Part shown: positions 26,786-36,150 of the stretch, piece after piece
Layout: the number at the start of each line of letters is the position of its first letter
How positions within the stretch are numbered: the first letter of the stretch is position 1
IMG/VR virus record: IMGVR_UViG_3300016643_000322
Location: 1 to 50,326 of that record
DNA: 50,326 nt
DNA from: a virus
Taxonomy: Duplodnaviria > Caudoviricetes
Direction: 5' to 3' (one strand)
Notes under the pieces: generated by a model
What the model was told of the DNA's origin: nothing
What the model saw: only the letters and a program-made list of their open reading frames with translations
Databases searched by the model: none
Position numbers and translations under genes: made by a program

Positions 26786-27505
26786 TCAGTTAGCTGCAGG
26801 AGCAGCGTATTTTTTGAGGAGACGCTCGACGCGCTCCAAATCCTTCTTGCCACCGCAGTTGGTGTTCAGCTCGATGGCGCGGGACAGATATTTTTTCGAC
26901 GACTCCAGGTGACACAGGGCGGCCACCTTGCTTTCCGACGTGTCGTCGTCGGAAACCATGTCCGCGAAAGCCTTGCCTAGGGCCAGATGCAGCTTGGCTT
27001 TAGCCTGGTCGGGCATGTCTTCTTCACCCGCGATTTGCTCAGTGCGCAGCAGCAGCTTCACGTCGAACGTGCCACCGGCCTTCTGCGCCTTCAGGGCGAC
27101 TTCGGCAATTTCTTCGGCAACGATGGTGCCGGTCGTGCGTTCGAAGCGATCAGGCATGAGCAATGCGTACTGGATGACGTACTCGGCAATGTCCAGGGCG
27201 CCGGCAAAGTCGCCGGCATCCATCCGCCAAACCATCAAAGTGGTCAGCACCTGGTCCTGCGCGCCTTTTCCGCCTGCCAGAACGCCTTCCACGTATGGGA
27301 TGTATTCGGGGAGCAGTTGCTTTTTCAGCTCTGCTTTGCCTTCGGTGGACTGGACCTGTTTCAGGCGCAAGTAGTCCTGCTGAAGCTTCGCCAGGTGCAG
27401 TTCGTAAATAGTGGAACCTTCCATGGTCATGGCTGGGCCGGCCACAGCGGCCGCTGCAACGGCTGCTGTGACGCGCTGGAAGTGACGACGGCAAGGATTG
27501 GTCAT
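26786..27505 (-). CDS. M: Terminase small (endonuclease) subunit M
   Basis: MTNPCRRH..LKQVQS..VWRMDAGDF..DMPDQAKAKL. Confidence 0.92.
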   Translation of the reverse strand: MTNPCRRHFQRVTAAVAAAAVAGPAMTMEGSTIYELHLAKLQQDYLRLKQVQSTEGKAELKKQLLPEYIPYVEGVLAGGKGAQDQVLTTLMVWRMDAGDFAGALDIAEYVIQYALLMPDRFERTTGTIVAEEIAEVALKAQKAGGTFDVKLLLRTEQIAGEEDMPDQAKAKLHLALGKAFADMVSDDDTSESKVAALCHLESSKKYLSRAIELNTNCGGKKDLERVERLLKKYAAPAAN

Positions 27506-27516
27506 GGTTGCGCGCC

Positions 27517-28524
27517 TTAGCTCAGGGTGATGTTTTCGGCCATGGCAGCGCAGCCCAGGTCTTCAATCACATAGCTTTCATTGACCGACTCGTAGTTTTC
27601 GATACGGTCGCGTTTGGCGTTATCCACCACCGTGCGGCGGCGGGTGCCTTCCTGCCAGTAGATCGACAGGTTGTCGAGGCGGGTGACCAGCAGGCCGTTC
27701 GGTGGGAAGTGAGGTACTCGCACCGCTGGCAGGTTACCGATGCGCTTCTGGCTCGTGACGATATCGGCCGCGAGCATTTCGGTTGGCGCTTGGGTCTTGT
27801 TGATGATCGGGAAGTACTTGTCGGCCAGCAGCTGGCGTCCGCAGATCACCACCAGGTCAGTGTCTTCCTGGTACCAGGGCTCGATGAACTCGTTGACCAT
27901 GCTGACGACCAGGGCGTCGATGTTTTCGAAGTCTTTGCCCGCGCCGATCTGAATCTTGCCGCTGCCATCGACCACTTCTTTCATAACACGCTGCGGATTT
28001 TCCAAGCGCATCTTTTGCAGCCATCCGACGTTGACGTCCTGCAGCAGCTTGTTAATGTCCGGTTTAGAGGTCGCAGCACGGCTGGTCCCGTTCCAACCAA
28101 TCATGATCCGGTTGAGGGCCTGAGCCCGGATGATGGCGTCACGGATACGCGCCTGGAAGTCTTTGAACTTGGCCCATTGATCAAGCTTCTGGTAACGCAG
28201 GCCGGTATCGAAGTTGGTTTGGGTGCAGGTGTACCCACGGTTGTCGAGGCCGGTGGGGTCGCGGGGCTCGCGGTCTTGCTGGGTGGTATCGGTGGTGCCG
28301 GCAATAGTGCCGTCGATACCGATGCCGATTTTTTCGCCCGACTGCTCGGCCACGCCGTAGACGTTGATCGAGCTGAGAAACGCGCTCGACTCCTGCATCC
28401 GGGTTTCCAACGTCTGGGCAACGGATGGAGCGGCTGTGAATTTGGTGGTGACGTCGCTCACGCCGTGCAATTGGGCGAGTTGTTGCAGGTAAGCGTTGAA
28501 AAGAACGCGAGTATCGTTACGCAT
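27517..28524 (-). CDS. N: Major capsid protein N
   Basis: MRNDTR..ALNRIMIGWNG..LLQDVNVGWLQK..DNLSIYWQ. Confidence 0.95.
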   Translation of the reverse strand: MRNDTRVLFNAYLQQLAQLHGVSDVTTKFTAAPSVAQTLETRMQESSAFLSSINVYGVAEQSGEKIGIGIDGTIAGTTDTTQQDREPRDPTGLDNRGYTCTQTNFDTGLRYQKLDQWAKFKDFQARIRDAIIRAQALNRIMIGWNGTSRAATSKPDINKLLQDVNVGWLQKMRLENPQRVMKEVVDGSGKIQIGAGKDFENIDALVVSMVNEFIEPWYQEDTDLVVICGRQLLADKYFPIINKTQAPTEMLAADIVTSQKRIGNLPAVRVPHFPPNGLLVTRLDNLSIYWQEGTRRRTVVDNAKRDRIENYESVNESYVIEDLGCAAMAENITLS

Positions 28525-28569
28525 GGTGTTCTCCGATGTTCCTTGGCGGGGTGTTGTCCGTGATCTGGA

Positions 28570-29448
28570 TCAGCAGTCGGTGACGAGTGCGCCGTCACCG
28601 CCCGTAGCCGGCGGGCGAACGGAGTACTGCGGTTTCTGGCCGGTGGTGTCCGGGGTTTTTTCGAGCTGTTGAACCAACGCGGTGAAGTCGGCAGACAGCT
28701 TCTCGTGAGCGGTCTGCAGCTTTTCGCGGGCGGTTTTTTCGGCGGTAAAGGCTTCGCCCTGACCGGCGACATGCTCGGCCATGGCTTCAACAGCCTCGCC
28801 GAGTTCAGTGAATAGAGCGGCGTCCTTGCCTTCCTTGTCCTTGCTCTTGCCGAGTAGGTCGAGAACGCGGCTAAACAGGCCTGCGACTTTGCCGCTTTCG
28901 TCCTCAACTTCTTCGAATTCAAGTTCAATCTCGACGACCTCAGAGAAGAGGTTGCCGGGATCGCGTTTGCGACTGGTCAGTGGGTTCATGTCCGGGTGCT
29001 GGGCGCTGAACGTCAGCATCTCAGTGCCCAGGCTGGCCGGGGTATCGGTAACGGCGATGCCGTCCAAATAGGCGCGGCCGGTGTCGGCGAATTTCGGCCG
29101 AATCTCGATGCTGGTGTACAGCTTCTGCCGTGCTTTGTTCATGGCGATCAGGTCTGAGGTCGGTTCGATTTGCGCGAACAAGGCCAATTTTTTGGCCCCG
29201 GCAATCTCGACTTCCTCAGTCTTGAGCGCGACCACATCGCCGTAGGCTCGGAAAGGGCTGTCCGGCAGCAAGCTGCGCATGTGCTCAATCCAAACCCGCG
29301 CACCGTAGGTGTTCTGGCTGTAGGTCTCGGCAGCGTCGACCAGCCATTGGCGTTCGATCTGGCGACCATCGGTAGTGGCGCCTTCAACGGCGACGCGGAA
29401 GAACTTGGAGCGTTGTTTCTTGGCTGGGTTGTCGGTTTTGCCGGCCAT
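28570..29448 (-). CDS. O: Capsid scaffolding/protease O
   Basis: FFRVAVEGATTDGRQI..AVTDTPASLGTE..LVTDC. Confidence 0.93.
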   Translation of the reverse strand: MAGKTDNPAKKQRSKFFRVAVEGATTDGRQIERQWLVDAAETYSQNTYGARVWIEHMRSLLPDSPFRAYGDVVALKTEEVEIAGAKKLALFAQIEPTSDLIAMNKARQKLYTSIEIRPKFADTGRAYLDGIAVTDTPASLGTEMLTFSAQHPDMNPLTSRKRDPGNLFSEVVEIELEFEEVEDESGKVAGLFSRVLDLLGKSKDKEGKDAALFTELGEAVEAMAEHVAGQGEAFTAEKTAREKLQTAHEKLSADFTALVQQLEKTPDTTGQKPQYSVRPPATGGDGALVTDC

Positions 29449-29502
29449 GCGTGAATCCCTCAGTGCGGTGGCAGTCTGCCTTGGCGATGAGCGCATGTTG
29501 TT

Positions 29503-29591
29503 GAGCGCGGGCGCGACGGGCAACGAGGCGCTGTTGTAGATCGTTGATCTACAAGGGGCGGAGGGGGAACTGTTCGCGCGCGGGCGGCAGC
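29503..29591. promoter_or_regulatory. Divergent O/P late promoter region
   Basis: Palindrome TTGTAGATC-GTT-GATCTACAA (29534-29554) flanked on both sides by GCGCG blocks. Confidence 0.7.
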
Positions 29592-29600
29592 ATCTGCGCC

Positions 29601-31358
29601 ATGAATGCCATCGTCCAACTACCTACCGATCACCGCCGCCATTCCAAGCACCTTTACTGGCAGGGCTATCGCGTGTGCGAGATCGCCGAGCTGATCGGGG
29701 AGAAGGAAAAGACGCTGCACAGCTGGAAAGCTCGGGACGAATGGGACCGGGCGACGCCGCTGGAACGCATCCAGGCAGCGACCGAAGCCCGCTTGGTTCA
29801 GTTGATTCTGAAAGATCCCAAGTCAGGATCTGACTACAAGGAAATTGACCTCCTGCACCGCCAGTTGGAGCGGCAAGCCCGTATCCAGCGCTTCAACGAC
29901 GGCGGTACCGAAACCGAGTTGAATCCGAACCTGGCGAAACGCAATGAGGGGCCGAAGAAGGCGCCGAAACGTAACGAGTTCGACGAAGAACACATTGAAA
30001 AGCTGACCGAAGCGTTCATTGACGGCTGTTTCGGGTATCAGCTGGATTGGTACAAAGCCGGCAATCAGCGAACCCGCGCGATACTCAAGTCACGGCAGAT
30101 CGGCGCGACCTACTATTTCGCCCGTGAAGCGCTGATCGATGCGCTGACGACAGGCCGTAACCAGATTTTTCTGTCGGCCTCGAAAAACCAGGCACACATT
30201 TTCAAGGCCTACATTCAGGCCTTTGCCCGTGAGGTAGTCGGTGTTGAGCTGACGGGCGACCCGATCATTCTGGGTAATGGCGCCGAGCTGCACTTCCTCG
30301 GTACCAATGCTCGGACGGCCCAGGGCTACCACGGCAATTTCTACTTCGACGAATTTTTCTGGACCTTCAAGTTCAAGGAATTGAACAAGGTCGCCAGTGG
30401 CATGGCGATGCAGAAGCAATACCGCCGAACCTACTTTTCGACGCCTTCCAGTATGGCCCACGAGGCCTATACGTTCTGGACCGGTGAGCGGTTCAACAAA
30501 GGCAAGCCGGCGGCGCAACGGGTCAAAATCGACGTCTCTCATGATGCTCTGCAGCAGGGCCGGCTGTGTGAAGACCGGGTCTGGCGGCAGATCGTCACCA
30601 TCCTCGACGCCGAAGACCGTGGATGCGACCTGTTTGACCTGGACGAGCTGCGCCAGGAATACGATGCCGAGGCCTTCCAGAACTTGCTGATGTGCCAGTT
30701 CATCGACGACGGGGCCAGCATTTTCCCGCTTGCGATGCTGCAGCCTTGCATGGTGGACAGCTGGGATCTGTGGGCCGAGGACTACAAACCGTTTGCCGCG
30801 CGTCCTTTTGGGGATCGTCAGGTTTGGGTTGGATATGACCCAGCCGAGAACGGCGACAGCGCAGCATTGGTGGTAATTGCTCCACCGACAGTCCCTGGCG
30901 GCAAGTTCCGGTTGCTGGAGAGACACCAATTCAGGGGCATGGACTTCGCCGCTCAGGCGGAAGCGATCCGCCAGGTCACCAGACGTTACTGGGTGACCTA
31001 CATCGGTATCGACATCACGGGCATGGGGTCCGGCGTGGCGCAGCTGGTCAAGCAGTTCTTCCCGAACATCACCACGTTCAGCTACTCGCCCGAGGTCAAA
31101 ACGCGCCTGGTGTTGAAGGCGTACGACGTCATCAAGAACGGGCGCCTGGAGTTCGATGCCGGATGGACGGACATCGCGCAGTCGCTGATGGCTATCCGCA
31201 AAACAGTCACCGCCTCCGGGCGCCAGTTCACTTATACGGCCGGTCGCACCGACGAGACAGGCCATGCCGACTTGGCTTGGGCGACCTTCCACGCCCTGCA
31301 TAACGAGCCTCTTGAAGGGCAGACCACGGCGAATACCGGATTTATGGAGTCCTACTGA
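29601..31358 (+). CDS. P: Terminase large (ATPase) subunit P
   Basis: ILKSRQIGATYYFA, YFDEFFW, VGYDPA, HADLAWA. Confidence 0.95.
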   Translation: MNAIVQLPTDHRRHSKHLYWQGYRVCEIAELIGEKEKTLHSWKARDEWDRATPLERIQAATEARLVQLILKDPKSGSDYKEIDLLHRQLERQARIQRFNDGGTETELNPNLAKRNEGPKKAPKRNEFDEEHIEKLTEAFIDGCFGYQLDWYKAGNQRTRAILKSRQIGATYYFAREALIDALTTGRNQIFLSASKNQAHIFKAYIQAFAREVVGVELTGDPIILGNGAELHFLGTNARTAQGYHGNFYFDEFFWTFKFKELNKVASGMAMQKQYRRTYFSTPSSMAHEAYTFWTGERFNKGKPAAQRVKIDVSHDALQQGRLCEDRVWRQIVTILDAEDRGCDLFDLDELRQEYDAEAFQNLLMCQFIDDGASIFPLAMLQPCMVDSWDLWAEDYKPFAARPFGDRQVWVGYDPAENGDSAALVVIAPPTVPGGKFRLLERHQFRGMDFAAQAEAIRQVTRRYWVTYIGIDITGMGSGVAQLVKQFFPNITTFSYSPEVKTRLVLKAYDVIKNGRLEFDAGWTDIAQSLMAIRKTVTASGRQFTYTAGRTDETGHADLAWATFHALHNEPLEGQTTANTGFMESY

Positions 31359-32410
31359 TGAGCAGACGTAAGCGCGAAACCCAACTGACCACCGTTCTGC
31401 CGGCTGCTGAAGGGGAGGTACTCCCGCCGGAATCCGGCCCGGTCGAGGCGTTCACCTTCGGTGACCCGGCGCCTGTGCTCGATAGCAGGGAAATCCTCGA
31501 CTATCTGGAGTGCTGGGCCAATGGGCGTTGGTTCGAAACACCCATGTCCATGGATGGCTTAGCCAAGACAACGCGCGCCAGCGTGTACCTGCAGTCCGGC
31601 CTCAACTTCAAGCGCAACATGCTCGCCCGCACGTTCGTTCCGCACCGGCTGCTGAGCCGTCAGGCCTTTGAGCAGTTCGCTCTGGACTGGCTCTGGTGCG
31701 GCAACTGCTACTTGGAAAAACGCAACAACATGCTGCGCAACACCATGGGCTTACTGCCGCCGCTGGCGAAGTACATGCGCCGAGGCATCGACATGGAAAC
31801 CTATTACCAGGTGCGCGGCTGGAAGGATGAGCACGAGTTTGCACCAGGTTCGATTTGCCACCTACGTGAGGCCGATATCAATCAAGAGATCTATGGGTTG
31901 CCGGAGTGGCTGGCAGCGCTGCAGAGCGCGCTGCTCAACGAGAGCGCCACGCTATTTCGCCGCAAGTACTACAACAACGGCAGTCACGCCGGATTCATCC
32001 TGTATATGACCGACGCGGCGCAGAAGGAAGAGGACATCGACTCATTGCGCACCGCGCTGAAGAACTCGAAAGGGCCGGGGAATTTCCGAAACCTGTTTGT
32101 GTACGCGCCCGCCGGTAAGAAGGATGGCATCCAGCTCATCCCGGTGAGCGAGGTGGCCGCGAAGGACGAATTCAGCTCAATCAAGAACATCAGCCGCGAC
32201 GATCTTCTCGCGGCGTTGCGCATTCCACCGCAGTTGATGGGCATCGTGCCACAGAACGCAGGCGGTTTCGGGTCGTTGCGGGAGGCTGCTGAGGTTTGGG
32301 CGGTCAACGAACTGGAGCCGTTGCAGGCCAGGCTGGCCCAGGTAAACGAGTGGCTGGGTGAAGAGGTTGTCAGCTTCAAAGAATTTGAGCTTCCAACGGG
32401 GGGTAAGTAG
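31358..32410 (+). CDS. Q: Portal protein Q (PBSX family)
   Basis: EAFTFGDP..QEIYGLPE..LNESATLFRRKYYNNGSHAG. Confidence 0.95.
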   Translation: MSRRKRETQLTTVLPAAEGEVLPPESGPVEAFTFGDPAPVLDSREILDYLECWANGRWFETPMSMDGLAKTTRASVYLQSGLNFKRNMLARTFVPHRLLSRQAFEQFALDWLWCGNCYLEKRNNMLRNTMGLLPPLAKYMRRGIDMETYYQVRGWKDEHEFAPGSICHLREADINQEIYGLPEWLAALQSALLNESATLFRRKYYNNGSHAGFILYMTDAAQKEEDIDSLRTALKNSKGPGNFRNLFVYAPAGKKDGIQLIPVSEVAAKDEFSSIKNISRDDLLAALRIPPQLMGIVPQNAGGFGSLREAAEVWAVNELEPLQARLAQVNEWLGEEVVSFKEFELPTGGK

Positions 32411-32411
32411 T

Positions 32412-32524
32412 ACCCCCGCGCAGTAAACGAGGCGACGAGCTGGTGCGCTAACACCCGCTCGACGCTGAATCACTCGAACGTGCCGAGTGCTCCAACCAAG
32501 GCCTCGCCCCACTGCGCAGGGGGT
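32412..32524 (+). ncRNA. Candidate multi-stem structured RNA / leader upstream of methylase
   Basis: Closing stems ACCCCCGCGCAGT/ACTGCGCAGGGGGT and CGAGG/CCTCG enclose two hairpins. Confidence 0.5.
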
Positions 32525-32566
32525 GCGAAGCCTAAGCGAATCCAATTTTCAAAACAAGGATCACTT

Positions 32567-33361
32567 ATGAGCACACCAATTATCCCGTGGATGGGCGGCA
32601 AGCGCCGCCTGGCAGATCGTCTTATTCCACTGTTTCCACCCCATGAATGCTACGTCGAGGTCTTCGCTGGTGGCGCCGCGCTTTACTTCATGCGTCCCCA
32701 GGCTGCGCCGGTTGAAGTTCTCAACGATATCAACGGCGATCTGGTGACGCTGTACCGCGTCGTGCAGAACCACCTGGAAGAGTTCGTGCGCCAGTTCAAG
32801 TGGGCGCTCAGCTCCAGGCAGGTGTTTGAGTGGCAGAAGATGACCCGGCCGGAAACCCTTACCGATATCCAGCGCGCGGCACGGTTTTTCTACCTGCAGC
32901 ACCACGCTTTCGCAGGTAAGGTCAGTGGACAGACGTTCGGTACCGCCACAACCGGGCCGGCCATCAATCTGCTGAGGATCGAGGAGAACCTGTCTGCAGC
33001 TTGGCAGCGCTTGTCCGGTACCTACGTCGAGAATCTAGGGTGGCTTGAGTGCGCCGAGCGCTATGACCGGCCACATACCTTCCATTACATGGATCCACCG
33101 TATTGGCAGACCGCTGGCTATGGCGTGGACTTCCCCTTCGAAAACTACGAGCGGATGGCTGAGTTCATGCGGCGTTGCAAGGGCAAGGTGATGGTGAGCA
33201 TCAACGATCACCCCGATATCAGGCGGGTGTTTGAGGGGTTCCACTTCGAAACGGTGGATATTCGATACAGCACGGCCAATCAACGCCAGGCGAAGGCCGA
33301 AGTCAGTGGCGAACTGGTGATCATGAACTGGGAGCCCAACGCCTTCGGCGGACTTTTCTAA
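32567..33361 (+). CDS. D12/Dam-class DNA adenine methyltransferase, orphan
   Basis: PWMGGKRRL, YVEVFAGGAA, EVLNDIN, YMDPPY. Confidence 0.92.
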   Translation: MSTPIIPWMGGKRRLADRLIPLFPPHECYVEVFAGGAALYFMRPQAAPVEVLNDINGDLVTLYRVVQNHLEEFVRQFKWALSSRQVFEWQKMTRPETLTDIQRAARFFYLQHHAFAGKVSGQTFGTATTGPAINLLRIEENLSAAWQRLSGTYVENLGWLECAERYDRPHTFHYMDPPYWQTAGYGVDFPFENYERMAEFMRRCKGKVMVSINDHPDIRRVFEGFHFETVDIRYSTANQRQAKAEVSGELVIMNWEPNAFGGLF

Positions 33362-34038
33362 CTCACCGGCTGGATCAAACTGGGGCCTTTGTTTCTGACG
33401 TTGCCCACCGCGACGTCGACCTTGAACCACTCAAAGGCCTCGGCGGGTTCGCCCTGGTGCAACACCATCTGCTCGGCGCGTTCCTTGGGCGTTGCCGGGT
33501 CCAACCATTCGCGGGCCAGGTCCGGGGTTAACACCACGGGCCTTCGGTCGTGAATATCCACCATGCCGCCGGCACTATCGGCGGTGATAATCACGAAGCC
33601 GTCATGCTCGCCTGGTCCTTCATCGGGGTCAGGCACCTGGCCGATGGACGCACAGAATATCGGCGCACCATCCCGCCGGCGGATCAGATAGGGCTGCTTT
33701 TTGGGTCCGCCTTCATCTACCCACTCAAACCAGTTGTCGATAGGCGTGATTGCACGATGTGGCCAGATCGCCCGAAAGAACGGGCCGTGGGCTACCTTCT
33801 CCACGCGGGCATTGATCGGCGCGGCGCGGTCTTTCGCCCAATGCGGCCTCCACCCCCAGCGCACCGGATCAGCGTGTAGCAGGTCGCCCTGCAGGTGCAG
33901 CAGCGCAACCGTAGTTGTCGGCGCGACGTTGTAGCGCTCTATCGGCTGATCACCCACGGAGTTCGCCAGAGCATTGGGCATACTCAGCGCTGCAACAAAG
34001 TCGTGGATTCCCCGGTACTGCGAAAGTCTCCCGCACAT
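33358..34038 (-). CDS. SRAP/YedK (HMCES-like) abasic-site protein
   Basis: MCGR N-terminus, RYNVAPT, INARVE, WFEW, IHDRRPVVL. Confidence 0.92.
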   Translation of the reverse strand: MCGRLSQYRGIHDFVAALSMPNALANSVGDQPIERYNVAPTTTVALLHLQGDLLHADPVRWGWRPHWAKDRAAPINARVEKVAHGPFFRAIWPHRAITPIDNWFEWVDEGGPKKQPYLIRRRDGAPIFCASIGQVPDPDEGPGEHDGFVIITADSAGGMVDIHDRRPVVLTPDLAREWLDPATPKERAEQMVLHQGEPAEAFEWFKVDVAVGNVRNKGPSLIQPVS

Positions 34039-34121
34039 AAGCATCTCCGCTCGTCGGCGCCGATGAACAGCCGGTCCCCGGCCAATCTCTACACTGTAGA
34101 CACTGGCTCGAGGTATTCGTC

Positions 34122-34331
34122 GTGGCGATCAACATTGATCAGGTGAACGCAATGGAGGCGTGGTTTGCGCTGCGTAACGATCCCGCATTTATATCGGCCA
34201 CCCCAGAGGAGCGATACGAAACGCGGCTCGCCCTGGCTGACGACCTCAAGCACAAGGGACTGATCAACGAAGGTGAGTGGCGGGAGCTGACTGAGGAAGC
34301 AGTAGCGGCCTATGCCGACGAGTTAGGCTAA
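34122..34331 (+). CDS. Small acidic hypothetical protein
   Basis: GAGG RBS, 69-aa ORF divergent from SRAP. Confidence 0.65.
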   Translation: MAINIDQVNAMEAWFALRNDPAFISATPEERYETRLALADDLKHKGLINEGEWRELTEEAVAAYADELG

Positions 34332-34676
34332 TGGCTGCTTGTAAACGCTAAGCTCGACCAGCAGTCGCTGATTCTCCCTGAGCAAATGGTCTCGTTGCCC
34401 GGTAATAATCTTCACGCTTTGCACTGAGGCAAACGAGTACTGCTGTTCCAGCATGCTGATCTTTTCTTCAGCCGCTGCCAACCTCTCTTCCGCATCCGCC
34501 TTGCCTGCCATCAGCAGGTCATTCATCTGCACCAAGCCAGCGATATTCTCCCGCGCTCGACGCAGCATGCGCTCTGTCTCCACCAGCTCATCTACGAGGA
34601 TTGAGCATTGGTGCTGGTACATCTCAAGTGGAGTGGGGCAACCGAGCCAATCATCGGTGTCCATGTCAACGTTCAT
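34323..34676 (-). CDS. Coiled-coil hypothetical protein, probably SOS-regulated
   Basis: Start MNVDMDTDDWLGCPTPLE just downstream of LexA box. Confidence 0.7.
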   Translation of the reverse strand: MNVDMDTDDWLGCPTPLEMYQHQCSILVDELVETERMLRRARENIAGLVQMNDLLMAGKADAEERLAAAEEKISMLEQQYSFASVQSVKIITGQRDHLLRENQRLLVELSVYKQPLA

Positions 34677-34693
34677 AGCGGGAATCTCAATAG

Positions 34694-34709
34694 CTGTATG
34701 TGCGTACAG
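34694..34709. promoter_or_regulatory. LexA (SOS) box
   Basis: CTGTATGTGCGTACAG fits CTGT-N8-ACAG. Confidence 0.75.
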
Positions 34710-35067
34710 TAATCGAGGTTTAAATGCGCCGCGATTTGAGCCGACGAGCTGTAGGCGGAAGTGGGGTCGGAGAGCTGAAAAGTGAGCAGGGGAAGGATGA
34801 AAGTTTGGGCTTCTACGACATGAAAAAACCCACCTCAACATAGCATTTTCATGGTGTCACAACAACCGGAAGCGACGTTTCAGTCAATAAATACGGGGGC
34901 GTGACCGTATCCCGACGTATTGACTGGCGTGTCGTAGCTCGGCGGCATCAGGACATGTCGCCGGCTCTACTGGCACGGCGACGGCTCGGGGAACTGGCGT
35001 GCCACATAAAGCTGGGGGGAGTGACGTGCTACAGGCGGTCTATAGGATGGTCTGCACCTGGCGCGCG

Positions 35068-35088
35068 CCGTCGTCCCCCCACCTCGCC
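35068..35088 (-). other. cos site (P2-type cohesive end)
   Basis: GGCGAGGTGGGGGGACGACGG resembles P2 cos GGCGAGGCGGGGAAAGCAC; located beyond Q. Confidence 0.75.
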
Positions 35089-35260
35089 TGCGGGCTAAAT
35101 AGGTCGTTTTTTCTGCGCACCTGCGCACCACTCTCGACGGCGTAGGCTGGGGGTTGCTAGGCGTTTGGGAGGGTACAGAAAACCTGCGGAATCCTGCGAA
35201 GGTGGATGTTTTTGGCAACGCTCATAAGCACGCACACACAGCTGAATTCAGTAGGTGCCT

Positions 35261-35549
35261 CGGGAAAAAGGTTAGTTTTTTTTTGAGGGGGGTGTTGTGA
35301 CTTGGAGGGCCCGTGTTTGTTGGGCTTGAGACCTAACTTTGATGGGTTAGGTTGGGTTAGGTCAAAGGTTAGTAATTCGTAACCTCTTGTTTTTAAAGGA
35401 ATTAATATATTGAATATTTAACGCTAATAAAGGTTAGGAAATAACCAGACCTAACCCAAAAGCTAACCTTGCCAACCATTCGAAAAGCCATAATAAACAA
35501 GGCTTTCAAGGCGCCCTGAAAAAAACTAACCCTCCTAACCTCTTTCCCG
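35261..35549. repeat. GGTTAG iteron cluster around an AT-rich core; candidate replication origin
   Basis: GGTTAG at 35270, 35345, 35355, 35367, 35432; CTAACC at 35451, 35463, 35526, 35535; near-perfect 15-bp terminal inverted repeat. Confidence 0.7.
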
Positions 35550-36092
35550 TGGGTCAACATGAAAACGCGAGAGGTGTCAGGGCGGGCTGCTTTTGAGGCT
35601 TTGTGCGGCATTGCGCAGTACTCACGACCTTTGCGCTCACACAGCGTCAGATATTCACGTTTAGATGGGACGTTGGAATCGGGTCGACAGGCATTGGCGA
35701 CCAGTACCTCGGCGCAACATCAAGCGTGCCTTCTGACTCGAACGATAGAGTCGCTGACCTGCGCCGGTGTCAGGCAACTCAATTTCCCGAAGGCCGCCAG
35801 GTGCTGAATCATTGCTTCATGACTGCCGGGTTGCCGGACGGTCATGCGACGGCAGGTCTTTTCAAGGATCAATCGCGCCATCTGCGGGTTCTCGACCTTC
35901 GTCGCATCGAAGGCCAGCGCGATGGCGGGCCAGCTCGCCCGGGTCCGGGTCCTTGCGTTGCAGTGCCCTGAGCGCATTCATCTGCCGTGCTGTGATGGGT
36001 AGCGACGCGTCTCTCGTCGTTAGCGATTCTGCTCAGCCGTTATCAAGGGCAATGGTAGACCAGGCTCCCGGGGTCTGGTTTCCGCCAAGCGC

Positions 36093-36117
36093 AAAAAAGC
36101 CCGCCGGAGCGGGCCTT
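36093..36117 (-). terminator. Rho-independent terminator
   Basis: GCCCGC-loop-GCGGGC with T6 on minus strand. Confidence 0.65.
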
Positions 36118-36150
36118 GATGTGGGGGGCCATTGAACATAGGGCGCGTTA

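Noticed and set aside
27508-28563. 351-aa plus-strand ORF (also 15960-16880 and many similar)
   Set aside because: Antisense shadows of capsid and sheath genes, expected in GC-rich coding DNA; no motifs
32411-35088. phiCTX cytotoxin gene
   Set aside because: The slot holds the methylase/SRAP cassette; no toxin-like ORF seen
35341-35372. Telomere-like GGGTTAG repeats
   Set aside because: Few, imperfect and part of a symmetric iteron layout in phage DNA
35720-35980. 85-aa minus-strand ORF, possibly a frameshifted remnant
   Set aside because: No convincing start or RBS and no recognisable motif
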